Assembly (NCBI RefSeq): GCF_023055435.1
Contig: NW_025964235.1
Coordinates: 1,302,001 to 1,366,000 of the forward strand
Length of the DNA stretch: 64,000 nucleotides
Reading direction: 5' to 3'
DNA from: Haliotis rufescens
Taxonomy: Eukaryota
The notes beneath the pieces are model-generated. The model saw nothing but the letters and a program-made list of their open reading frames with translations, was not told the DNA's origin and did no database searches. Positions 20,029 to 31,500 of this stretch are shown one piece after another (position 1 is the first letter of the stretch; each line of letters opens with the position of its first letter). A program made the position numbers and the translations under genes.

Positions 20029-21377
20029 ATGATTGAGAGATATTGGGACATATATAAACCTTGGACATGATCATTAAGTATATTGGGACATATATAAATC
20101 TTGGACATGATCATTAAGTATATTGGGACATATATAAACCTTGGACATGATCATTAAGTATATTGGGACATTTGTAAACCTGCTTAAAGGAACTTCTTTA
20201 GTTGAAGATATTTTTTCGGTCGCTGCTTCAAGAGTTTTTTCCACAATACATTTTTATTTACGACAGCCAGGATGCCCAGCGAACAATGTACTTTGGGGGT
20301 AAAATCTCGGGACAAAATATTTTTTATGATGTATCTCTGAGCAATAAAACAAAACAAATATGTCCTATGTGTCCCCCTCTTTACAAACAATCCGAAGAAC
20401 ATTGGGTGAGCGAGGGAATTTGGTTATTAGCGCTGTTATGACCAATATTCAGTACTTGACAGCAGGATGAAGGACAAGAGTCCGAGGGGCATGGTGCTGA
20501 CAGACCAAGGATCATTGGGGCGAATTTGGGTTTCGAACCTCTGACCAGAGGATGATTTTAGGTTAAGGGGACTCTACACATCACATGGGAGAAGAAATAG
20601 TACATGAAACAGTTTCTTCGTAACACGTGGCTACCGTGCGTGCAATGGCGTAGTACAGGGCGGACCAGCCATGCATGAAACACACTGTAAAGAGGAATGT
20701 CGTGTGCTCGAGCTCCGATTGGCGTTGTCAGGCTACAGATCGCTGCAGGACTTAATGGGAAGGTTGTATTTCATGAAAGAAAGGAAGCTATCACGTGTGC
20801 CCCTATGACCACCTACTGGTTGGTAAGAGGTTTGATCTGCCTTGACGCAGGGACCCACAGCTAATCCCACTGTGGTGCTATTGTGGATTTCAACAAGCAA
20901 ACTGACCCTAGATGAGATTAAGACCACACGCAAATGCTCTTTACAGCCACGCTTCGCCAGACTTGATATGATATAGATTAACCTGAATCACTACATTAGA
21001 GGTTTATAGCCACTAGTCCGATCATTTGGATGCCAAATGTGAATTCTCGCGGTCGCAACGATATTACACGAGCCTGGAAACGGGTATCGGAGTCCTTTTG
21101 TAAACTCACCTGGAGCAATATGTCTACGTGTGTTTGTGTGATGAGAAAGAAAAATGACGGACAATTCATTCCATAGACAGCGTCTATATGTTCCCAGTGA
21201 ACTATCGGAAACTGTGCGTCCCTTTAAATGGAACATTGGACTGAAATACCGCTTATACAAATGAGGCGTGGGTTAGCGCCGTAACCAACGGACGTAAGAG
21301 AGAAGTCGAACAATAATGTGAGTAAATACCTGCCCGTTGAGTACACCCCGTAAACCCGACAGACAGTATCACTCAAC

Positions 21378-22484
21378 ATGGACGAAAGTGAATATTTCCT
21401 GAGAGAGTTCGTGAAGACGCGACACAGGAACCAAGTGACCAAGATAAAGTTGAAGAAGGTCGTGTCTGACATCCTCCTCGCCCAGAAGGTAAGACGCTTC
21501 ATAGTTGGCATCCATCTTGCCAGTCAGAAGACATCGGACACTTCTCAGCTCAAGAGACGTCCGTCAGTGCGACTCTTGTCTCCGAGGATTGCGAAGACTC
21601 CCAAATACACCGGAAGTCGCCGAAACACAGGAAGACTCGGTACCTCCGAGGCCAAACCGCCATCTCTGGGTCTGCCTTCAGGTTCGCCATCAGTTGGTCC
21701 AAGCAGGACCCCCCTGTTGCCGGCCTCCTCCGTCTCACGCAGAAGCTCTGTGAACAACGGTAATGCCAAAGATGGAACCGGTAGCATTGTCTTCTCTAGG
21801 CTTCAGGCCCAAACGGCGAGACGCGCATCGCACAGCAGTGCACCCATACAGAAAGACGCCACAAAGATGCCGAAGATAAACTCTGGATATATTTCGATCA
21901 ACAGTCCACTTCAGATGAAATCAGCTTCTTCCAAACTTACCAAGCCACAGATCCGCGTGCAGGCAGCAGACACAGACAAGCCAGGAGGGTGGCCCAGGGC
22001 TAAGACTTCTCTTCCTGCGCTGCCAGACAGTCTCTGGGCAGGGGATCCTAAAGCTATAGGGTCTGTCCGGCGTCCTAGAAAGAACGCGCAGGAGATGCTG
22101 GCGGAGTACAAATCGGGAGAAGAGTCGCGCCGGGTGCTGCGGGACATGACGTTCCCTTGTACCAGGAACTGTCACAAACCTGACGTCCTCGTGGAGCTCG
22201 AGCGCATGTATGTTGAACTACCAAGCCTCGTTCCCGCAATTGAAAAAGCGCGGGAAAATATGGCCCGAAAGTCGGCAGACGATCCCGCCACCGCGGGATC
22301 TCACCGCCCAAGTGTTAGTCTCCTGTCTCTTCCGGGGCAGTCGGCCAGCAGGCGGGAAAGTACAACTGCATCTGGGGTGTCGTCCAAACGCCAAAACTCA
22401 GTTCAGTTGCAATCCTCAACTATTCGCCACCATGGCCCCTCTCTCCGCCATCTCACCTCCTCTGGGCTGAGGGTCCGCAACTAG
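21378..22484 (+). CDS. Intronless uncharacterised Ser/Arg/Pro-rich protein, 368 aa
   Basis: 1107-nt non-repetitive ORF with good start context (aacATGg), GC- and CpG-rich relative to flanks, and AATAAA at 22734-22739. No domain recognised. Confidence 0.65.
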   Translation: MDESEYFLREFVKTRHRNQVTKIKLKKVVSDILLAQKVRRFIVGIHLASQKTSDTSQLKRRPSVRLLSPRIAKTPKYTGSRRNTGRLGTSEAKPPSLGLPSGSPSVGPSRTPLLPASSVSRRSSVNNGNAKDGTGSIVFSRLQAQTARRASHSSAPIQKDATKMPKINSGYISINSPLQMKSASSKLTKPQIRVQAADTDKPGGWPRAKTSLPALPDSLWAGDPKAIGSVRRPRKNAQEMLAEYKSGEESRRVLRDMTFPCTRNCHKPDVLVELERMYVELPSLVPAIEKARENMARKSADDPATAGSHRPSVSLLSLPGQSASRRESTTASGVSSKRQNSVQLQSSTIRHHGPSLRHLTSSGLRVRN

Positions 22485-22849
22485 GTGGTCTCTGGCGCTC
22501 CTGTGCTCTGCCTTACAGATTGGCGGGAACTATGCGCTTGCATAATGTTTATTTATGTAATTGACAGGTAGAACGTATCCCCGCACTATAGGGCATGTAA
22601 TTCATGCATTAACACCTGACGCATCCTCGACTATCTAGTCTAATTATTCCCCGTTCTATTATCATAAAAGACTCGTCACTGCATGGCTGAAATTTTGGCA
22701 ATGTTACGTGGAACTATAGCTAGCATTTATTATAATAAAATAATGAATATAAATTAACTATGACGATCGAGGATGCGTGTATTTTAAAATAATGGAGATT
22801 GTATAACCCAGATGACATGAATCATGTCTATGCTCATCCCATAGTCTCG

Positions 22850-23095
22850 AGGGAGCACGAGAGGCCCAGCTGTCTACAATTCGCTGTGCAGAGTTACGTC
22901 CCTTGGGCACGCCAGAAACCTGTGATCGTGGGATCGAATCCCGATTATGTTTGTCAGCACCAGGCCTGCTCGTGGGTTCCACGGAAGTGGTAAACGTCTA
23001 AGACCTGCATCACTTAGCACTTTCCTCTCACATTAAGCTGACGCCGTGATACAACTGGAATATTATTCAAAGCAGCGTTAATCTCACTCACTCAC
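22850..23095 (+). mobile_element. tRNA-derived SINE family B copy
   Basis: Colinear with 4757-5041 (ATTCGCTGTGCAGAG...GGATCGAATCCC...AGACCTGCATCACTT...CTCACTCAC). Confidence 0.85.
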
Positions 23096-24429
23096 CATAT
23101 GTCTAGAGTTTGTCACACATCGTTCCTACTGTGAAGTAGTCCATGGCTCAGTCGGGGGCTGGACATTAGTTCTGCAAACTATCGATACACAGGAAACCGC
23201 AAACGCTCACAAGCACCACGCCAGGATAACAACACTGCCTTGGTTGTGTTCGTTGTGCAGCCCTTGTTTTGTCATCTGTAGCAGCGGTACCAGCCAGTAT
23301 TCAGATCTGAAGACGAGGGTTCCTCACCAAGCTCTGTTATGTGAACTTGAGATACATTTGTCGTCATTGTTAGTTTTTGTTAAACAGAATATTATCTTAT
23401 TGACACGGATTTATAACTATTGGGTTTGGCAAGGGACTGGTCATTTATTGTAGGATGTGCGTGTGGAAGGTGAGAATGGTCTGACTGTATCAGAATGTGC
23501 TACCCACCCCACCCCACCCAACCCCATGTTATGTAACAGTTTTTGTTGACCCCTCTCTATAATTAATGACCAGTCCCTAAACAATGTTCAGATTTATAAC
23601 AAATTTATTTGAAAAAATATAACTGTAAACCTTCAACATTTTGATTAAGAAGACATGAAAATTAAGTCACTTGTCCTGAAGTTCGTCACAATGTGCCGTT
23701 AGAGTTTACCTGCCCTTATCTCAACTCCAAATCCAGAAAAAAGATCCACGACAAACACATGATTTCATAGATGATTTTCTCAAGTTTGTTGAACTTTCAG
23801 TAATTCAAGGATTAAAAGATTTATTGACCACAGATAAAGTCATGTGACTCGCTTTCAGTACAGTTCTTCTTCAATTAAATGATGTTATTATTGTTTCTTG
23901 TTTTCACTGTCAATTGTTCATTTAGACCAAATAACAACCATATGTACATGGACATATTGTAAGCTTACTCGAATAATAAATGACATTACTGATTCCAAGG
24001 TACTGTGGTTCTTTGTTGCTTATTAGTTTCCTGGTAAATACATACAGAACAATATTCCCTGGTACAATTGGTCGCCACCAACCTGGAACTGAAATAGATC
24101 GGGTGATTAGGCTTGGTGATTGGCTGATTGCGTGCCATTGTGACCAATGGTGTTGATCGGTGCTCATGCTGTCAGCCATTGGTTTGCCTGATCCAGACTT
24201 GATTACTCACATGTTGTTGCCCAGTGATTTGTATACCACCTTCAGATGACTAATGTTCTGTCTGATATCTTTCCACAATGGTCTGGTCGGATAATACATG
24301 GCACCGCTATTGAAAGATTCCCGGGATTGTTCTACAGGTAATAAAATACACATACAGGGATGTATCTAGGATTCACACTGAGTGCCCTTGGCAACAGAAC
24401 ACTGGATTTCTGATAACAGTGGTCTGTGG

Positions 24430-26285
24430 TCTTTAGCCTGGACCTTCAGAGAGAACACTGGCCGGTAGCCTGGACCTTCAGACAGAAGACTGGCCGGTAG
24501 CCTAGACCTTCAGACAGAACACTGGCCGGTAGCCTGGACCTTCAGACACAACGCTGGTCGGTAGCCTGGACCTTCAGACAGAACACTGGCCGGTAGCCTG
24601 GACCTTCAGACAGAACACTGGTCGGTAGCCTGGACCTTCAGACAGAACACTGGCCGGTAGCCTGGACCTTCAGACAGAACACTGGCCGGTAGCCTGGACC
24701 TTTAGACACAACACTGGCCGGTAGCCTGGACCTTCAGACAGAACACTGGTCGGTAGGTAGCCTGGACCTTCAGACAGAACACTGGCCGGTAGCCTGGACC
24801 TTCAGACAGAACACTGGTCGGTAGCCTGGACTTTCAGACAGAACACTTATTAGTAGCCTGGACCTTCAGACAGAACACTGGTTAGTAGCCTGGACCTTAA
24901 GACAGAACACTAGTTAGCCGCCTGGACCTTCAGACAGAACACCAGTTAGTAGTCTGGACCTTCAGTCAGAACACCAGTTAGTAGCCTGGACCTTCAGACA
25001 GAACACCAGTTAGTAGCCTGGACCTTCAGACAGAACACCAGTTAGTAGTCTGGACCTTCAGTCAGAACACCAGTTAGTAGCCTGGACCTTCAGACAGAAC
25101 ACCAGTTAGTAGCCTGGACCTTCAGACAGAACACCAGTTAGTAGCCTGGACCTTCAGACAGAACACCAGTTAAGACAGAACACTAGTTAGCCGCCTGGAC
25201 CTTCAGACAGAACACCAGTTAGTAGTCTGGACCTTCAGTCAGAACACCAGTTAGTAGTCTGGACCTTCAGTCAGAACACCAGTTAGTAGCCTGGACCTTC
25301 AGACAGAACACCAGTTAGTAGCCTGGACCTTCAGACAGAACACCAGTTAGTAGCCTGGACCTTCAGACAGAACACCAGTTAGTAGCCTGGACCTTCAGAC
25401 AGAACACCAGTTAGTAGCCTGGACCTTCAGACAGAACACCAGTTAGTAGCCTGGACCTTCAGACAGAACACCAGTTAAGACAGAACACTAGTTAGCCGCC
25501 TGGACCTTCAGACAGAACACCAGTTAGTAGTCTGGACCTTCAGTCAGAACACCAGTTAGTAGCCTGGACCTTCAGACAGAACACCAGTTAGTAGCCTGGA
25601 CCTTCAGACAGAACACCAGTTAGTAGCCTGGATCTTCAGACAGAACACCAGTTAGTAGCCTGGACCTTCAGACAGAACACCAGTTAGTAGTCTGGACCTT
25701 CAGACAGAACACCAGTTAGTAGCCTGGACCGTCAGACAGAACACCAGTTAGTAGTCTGGACCTTCAGACAGAACACCAGTTAGTAGCCTTGACCTTCAGA
25801 CAGAACACCAGTTAGTAGCCTTGACCTTCAGACAGAACACCAGTTAGTAGTCTGGACCTTCAGTCAGAACACCAGTTAGTAGCCTGGACCTTCAGACAGA
25901 ACACCAGTTAGTAGCCTGGACCTTCAGACAGAACACCAGTTAGTAGCCTGGACCTTCAGACAGAACACCAGTTAAGACAGAACACTAGTTAGCCGCCTGG
26001 ACCTTCAGACAGAACACCAGTTAGTAGCCTGGACCTTCAGTCAGAACACCAGTTAGTAGCCTGGACCTTCAGACAGAACACCAGTTAGTAGCCTGGACCT
26101 TCAGACAGAACACCAGTTAGTAGTCTGGACCTTCAGACAGAACACCAGTTAGTAGCCTGGACCTTCAGACAGAACACCAGTTAGTAGTCTGGACCTTCAG
26201 ACAGAACACCAGTTAGTAGCCTGGACCGTCAGACAGAACACCAGTTAGTAGTCTGGACCTTCAGACAGAACACCAGTTAGAAGCC
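24430..26285. repeat. Tandem array, 32-bp unit AGCCTGGACCTTCAGACAGAACAC(TGGCCGGT/CAGTTAGT)
   Basis: Direct reading. The variant switches at about 24850. Confidence 0.95.
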
Positions 26286-26406
26286 TATCTATACTTATAG
26301 AAATGAACACAAGTAATGATTAATTGAGATATTGATGATGTTAAACAGAGTACTTGAGGTAAATAAGCAGGTGTCATCTGCCTGGGTACAAACTAGCACA
26401 CACCAC

Positions 26407-27225
26407 TGATCTGTGTGATACAGATGCTCCTTGATACATCAGGTGCTTGATACATCAAACTGATCTGTGTGATACAGATGCTCCTTGATACATCAAATGA
26501 TCTGTGTGATACAGATGCTCCTTGATACATCAAACTGATCTGTGTGATACAGATGCTCCTTGATACATCAAACTGATCTGTGTGATACAGGTGCTCCTTG
26601 ATACATCAAACTGATCTGTGTGATACAGATGCTCCTTGATACATCAAACTGATCTGTGTGATACAGGTGCTCCTTCATACATCAAACTGATCTGTGTGAT
26701 ACAGATGCTCCTTGATACATCAAACTGATCTGTGTGATACAGGTGCTCCTTGATACATCAAACTGATCTGTGTGATACAGACGCTCATTGATACATCAAA
26801 CTGATCTGTGTGATACAGATGCTCCTTGATACATCAAACTGATCTGTGTGATACAGACGCTCCTTGATACATCAAACTGATCTGTGTGATACAGATGCTC
26901 CTTGATACATTAAACTGATCTGTGTGATACTGATGCTCCTTGATACATCAAACTGATCTGTGTGATACAGATGCTCCTTGATACATTAAACTGATCTGTG
27001 TGATACAGATGCTCCTTGATACATCAAACTGATCTGTGTGATACAGGTGCTACTTGATACATCAAACTGATCTGTGTGATACAGGTGCTCCTTGATACAT
27101 CAAACTGATCTGTGTGATACAGGTGCTCCTTGATACATCGAACTGATCTGTGTATTACAGGTGCTCCTTGATACATCAAACTGATCTGTGTGATACAGAT
27201 GCTCCTTGATACATCAAACTGATCA
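26407..27225. repeat. Tandem array, 38-bp unit CTGATCTGTGTGATACAGATGCTCCTTGATACATCAAA
   Basis: Direct reading. The unit contains the inverted pair ATCTGT...ACAGAT. Confidence 0.95.
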
Positions 27226-27322
27226 CTTCATGTAAACAGTAGGAAATATCTCGGTATCCAAGTGATTTTGCGCCAGACAATTGTTACCAGCGCAATTTCA
27301 TTATTTTAGAAATTCTTGATTG

Positions 27323-27766
27323 TAAAAGTCCAGTTTCAACCTTTGGCAAACTAGCTAGAGTTTCTGGGTTCGATCATAACGCCAGCAGTGGCTATTACAA
27401 GTTTTGTCCCTCCTATTGACCAATCAGATTCCACCTCTCATATTACTTGCATTTGCTTCAAATCAATAAGTCAATAATCAAAAGCCTTTATTGTAATAAA
27501 AAGGGTCTTACTTTGTGAAGTGCATCAAATCACATGAGCACATTGATTTTAAAGCTGAAATGATTTGGAAAATATCTGTTGACGCCAAGTTGGCGGTACA
27601 GGTTTTGCAAATCCTGCAATCAAGCGAAATCTGCATGGCAGCTTACAAACCGCATGTTGATTTCATTACGCGATTTTGATTAGACAATGCATAGCCTCGT
27701 TAGTTCAGCCAAAATATAACTTCATAATTCCAGCCAAGTTCGGCAAGGGTGGAAACTGGACTTTTA
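27323..27766. mobile_element. MITE-like element with about 34-bp imperfect terminal inverted repeats
   Basis: TAAAAGTCCAGTTTCAACCTTTGGCAAACTAGCT versus the reverse complement of AGCCAAGTTCGGCAAGGGTGGAAACTGGACTTTTA. Confidence 0.65.
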
Positions 27767-28176
27767 TAGTCTGTTAACACCCTTGCCCTGGGAAGATGAA
27801 AAAGTAAAATGAAAACAAACTCAACAATTCAAGACTGACAATGTCCTTCTTTATATAGCACTTTTTAGAAACAACTGACTTTGTGCACATAGTTATTCAA
27901 TATTCCTGCAGGCAGTGGCCCATATATTCAGTTACACAACACATTAGGCATGACAAGTATATTTGATGGTAGAAACAAGCACAATGATGACTCCCCATCA
28001 GAGCTGCAAGAAATGTTTCTTATCCAAAATGAACCTCTTCAATGAAAGGCTAGCCTGGTGAAGAGAAGCTGGTAGGAAAGTTAGAGTTGTCTGCCCTTAG
28101 GTAACCCAGACCCAGACCATGTGACTATGTGTAAACCTACTGGGGGAGCTGTCATGCGATGTCCTATTACAAACAA

Positions 28177-28262
28177 TGTTGTCCTAGAATGATGTCCTAG
28201 AATGTTGTCCTAGAATGATGTCCTAGAATGTTGTCCTAGAATGATGTCCTAGAATGTTGTCA
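28177..28262. repeat. 13-bp tandem repeat G(A/T)TGTCCTAGAAT downstream of the STIP1 stop (probable 3' UTR)
   Basis: Direct reading of the sequence. Confidence 0.8.
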
Positions 28263-28597
28263 TTGAACAATGGATTACTTCATTTTACAATATGAAAGAG
28301 AAAAATACCAATTACATTTCAAGTATGTGCTAAACATAACTTAATACAAATAATTAAATTCATACGTCCGAACTGTTGTTATTTTCAAATATGAACAACA
28401 AGCACACATATGAGAGAGCAAGGTTCCTGGCGCTGAACGAGGCAGGTTTATAATGGTTCAGTCTTCATATATACATACACATGCACTATCAAAGGCCAGT
28501 TGCGTATCGGAGACATGAAGATGATCATGAGGTGAGCTGAACAAGCACAGCGCCCCCTGGGGGCATGATAGAAGTGGCGACCTAGTCAAGGGTGTCC

Positions 28598-31500
28598 TCA
28601 GTGTATGGCGATGATGCCAACTTCCATCAACTTCTGGATCTTAGCTGCGATGTGGGGGTTCTTCAGGTGCCTGCAACAACAGCAGCATTGTCACAAACAT
28701 CCCTCACACTCCACAAGACATTCTAGATGCGATAAAACAAGATATTACTAGGTCAGTCTCAAACAACATTGTCACAAACATCCCTCACACTCCACAAGAC
28801 ATTCTAGATGCGATAAAACAAGATATTACCAGGTCCGTCTCAAACAACACTGTCACAAACATCCCTCACACTCTACAAGACATTCTAGATGCGATAAAAC
28901 AAGATATTACCATGTCAGTCACAAACAACATTGTCACAAACATCCCTTACACTCCACAAGACATTCTAGATGCGATAAAACAAGATATTACCAGGTCAGT
29001 CTCAAACAGCATTGTCACAAACATCCCTCACACTCCACAAGACGTTCTAGATGCGATAAAACAAGATATTACCAGGTCAGTCTCAAACAGCATTGTCACA
29101 AACATCCCTCACACTCCACAAGACATTCTAGATGCGGATAAAACAAGATATTACCAGGTCCGTCTCAAACAACACTGTCACAAACATCCCTCACACTCTA
29201 CAAGACATTCTAGATGCGATAAAACAAGATATTACTAGGTCAGTCTCAAACAACATTGTCACAAACATCCCTCACACTCCACAAGACATTCTAGATGCGA
29301 TAAAACAAGATATTACCAGGTCCGTCTCAAACAACACTGTCACAAACATCCCTCACACTCTACAAGACATTCTAGATGCGATAAAACAAGATATTACCAT
29401 GTCAGTCACAAACAACATTGTCACAAACATCCCTTAAACTCCACAAGACGTTCTAGACGCAGATAAAACAAGATATTTCCAGGTCCGTCTCAAACAACAA
29501 TAACATCTCAAACATCATTCAGTTTCGTAAGTAGCAGTTCACGTGACTTTTAAATAACCACAGACTATGTCATTGGCTAGAAGCCCATGTCAATTTACAT
29601 TCTGTTCTGTCAGGTAAGCTCAGCTTATATAGTCCATTCCATAGCTGTAGTATATACTATATATACTACAGGTAGTATGTCTTACTAAAGTCTGGTCAAG
29701 TATCTGGTATCTTGTGGTACAGCGCTGTCATACATCTTGACGTCTACCTTGGAAGCCCCAACATGTGTGAGTGAGTATGGTTTTACCAATTTTCCAGCCA
29801 TATCATGACAGGGGACACCAGAAATGGGCTTCACACATTGTACTCAAGTAGGGAATCAAACCTGGGTCTTTGGCGTGACTGGCGAACACTTTACCCAAAA
29901 GGCTACCCCACGGCCCCAACTGGATGATGTACATCCACTGGTTTCAAGGATCAGTGGAACACTTACTCTCGGACTGCGTTGGGGTCTTTGGTCATCTGTT
30001 GGAGGATCATCTGCATGGCAGGATCCTGCAGGATCTGCTGCACCTCGGGGTCACCCATTGCTCGCTTCTTCACTGCCTCGGGGTCGCTGTTCTCAGCAGT
30101 TACCGACTTCTTGTAGCCTTCAAGTGCTTCCTGGTATCAAAGCAGAGTTTCAGAAGAAAACTGACAAGGATGAAGGATGAGTTGTGGCTGACTTAGCTCT
30201 GACCAGACTTAATACATCACAGGGTGTTCTGTGGTCTGTTTGTTGTTTAATGCTGCGTGCAGCAATATTCCAGCTATATGACTGCAGTCTGTAAATAATC
30301 GAGTCTGGACCAATCAATCCAGTGATTGACATCATGAGCATCAATCTACACAGTGGGATATGATGACATGCATCAACCAAGCTCACTGAGCCTGACCACG
30401 CGATCTCGTTAGTCACCTCTTACGACAAGCACCCTGATCTTCATGCATGTACGTGCACATGACTGACTGCACGTGAACATCTCCGACTACCGGTCAATTA
30501 TTTCTGACTGCATGTCAAATGTTGCTGACTGCATGTCAAATGTTGCTGACTGCATGTCAAATGTCGCTGACTGCATGTCAAATGTCACTGACTGCATGTC
30601 AAACGTCGCTGACTGCATGTCAAACGTCGCTGACTGCATGTCAAATGTCGCTGACTGCATGTCAAACATCGCTGACTGCTTGTCAATAGGGTGACTGCAT
30701 GTCAAACATCGCTGACTGCATGTCAAACATCGCTGACTGCTTGTCAAACATCGCTGACTGCATGTCAAACATCGCTGACTCATTGTCAAACATCGCTGAC
30801 TGCATGTCAAACATCGCTGACTGCATGTCAAACATCGCACCTGACAGCTGGGGTCGATGTCCAGTGCCTTCTGATACCACACAGCAGCCTTCGTCGTCTC
30901 CCTCATTGCTAGTAGATTAGCTCCCTTACGTAGATAGCCTTTAACTGAAATAAAGGTACACGTTTCACTGACATTATATTCTACACAAGGTTTTGTTTAC
31001 ATTCAAGAAATCTCATTTAAATCAGATCTTAGATCTGATGACATCCCAGAACAGGTGACGTCAGAACGACCTTTCGCAAACATTGACCGACCACTGAAAC
31101 GACTAACACAAAGCCAGCCAGAAAGCAGCTTTCTCGTAATTAACGGCACACGTGTCAAACTGGCGATATCCATTTCAGACTATGCTTTGAAACAAGTCAA
31201 TTGAAACATGAAAACTGAATAAAAGAAAATTCAGGAGTTTCTAACAGATCCATCTTAGTTGCCAGCCAAATGAACAATGAATTCTTTGATAGGCATTTCT
31301 CAGAATTTGACGAATGACACACAAGTAGACATAACAGTAAATAAAGAAGTTGTTATCCATAAAATTGTGTCTAATTAGCCTCATGACCAGGAATAGAGGT
31401 CCCCAGAGGTAAACATGTGTGTGGAATGTGTGACCTAGGTAACTATCACATGTTGAACAGAAATTATGGAGTGAGTGAGTGAGTGAGTGAGTGAGTGAGT

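Noticed and set aside
28912-29437. 27-aa repeat ORFs ([27 protein letters not shown])
   Set aside because: Product of an 81-bp intronic array, frameshifted at about 29137 and antisense to STIP1.
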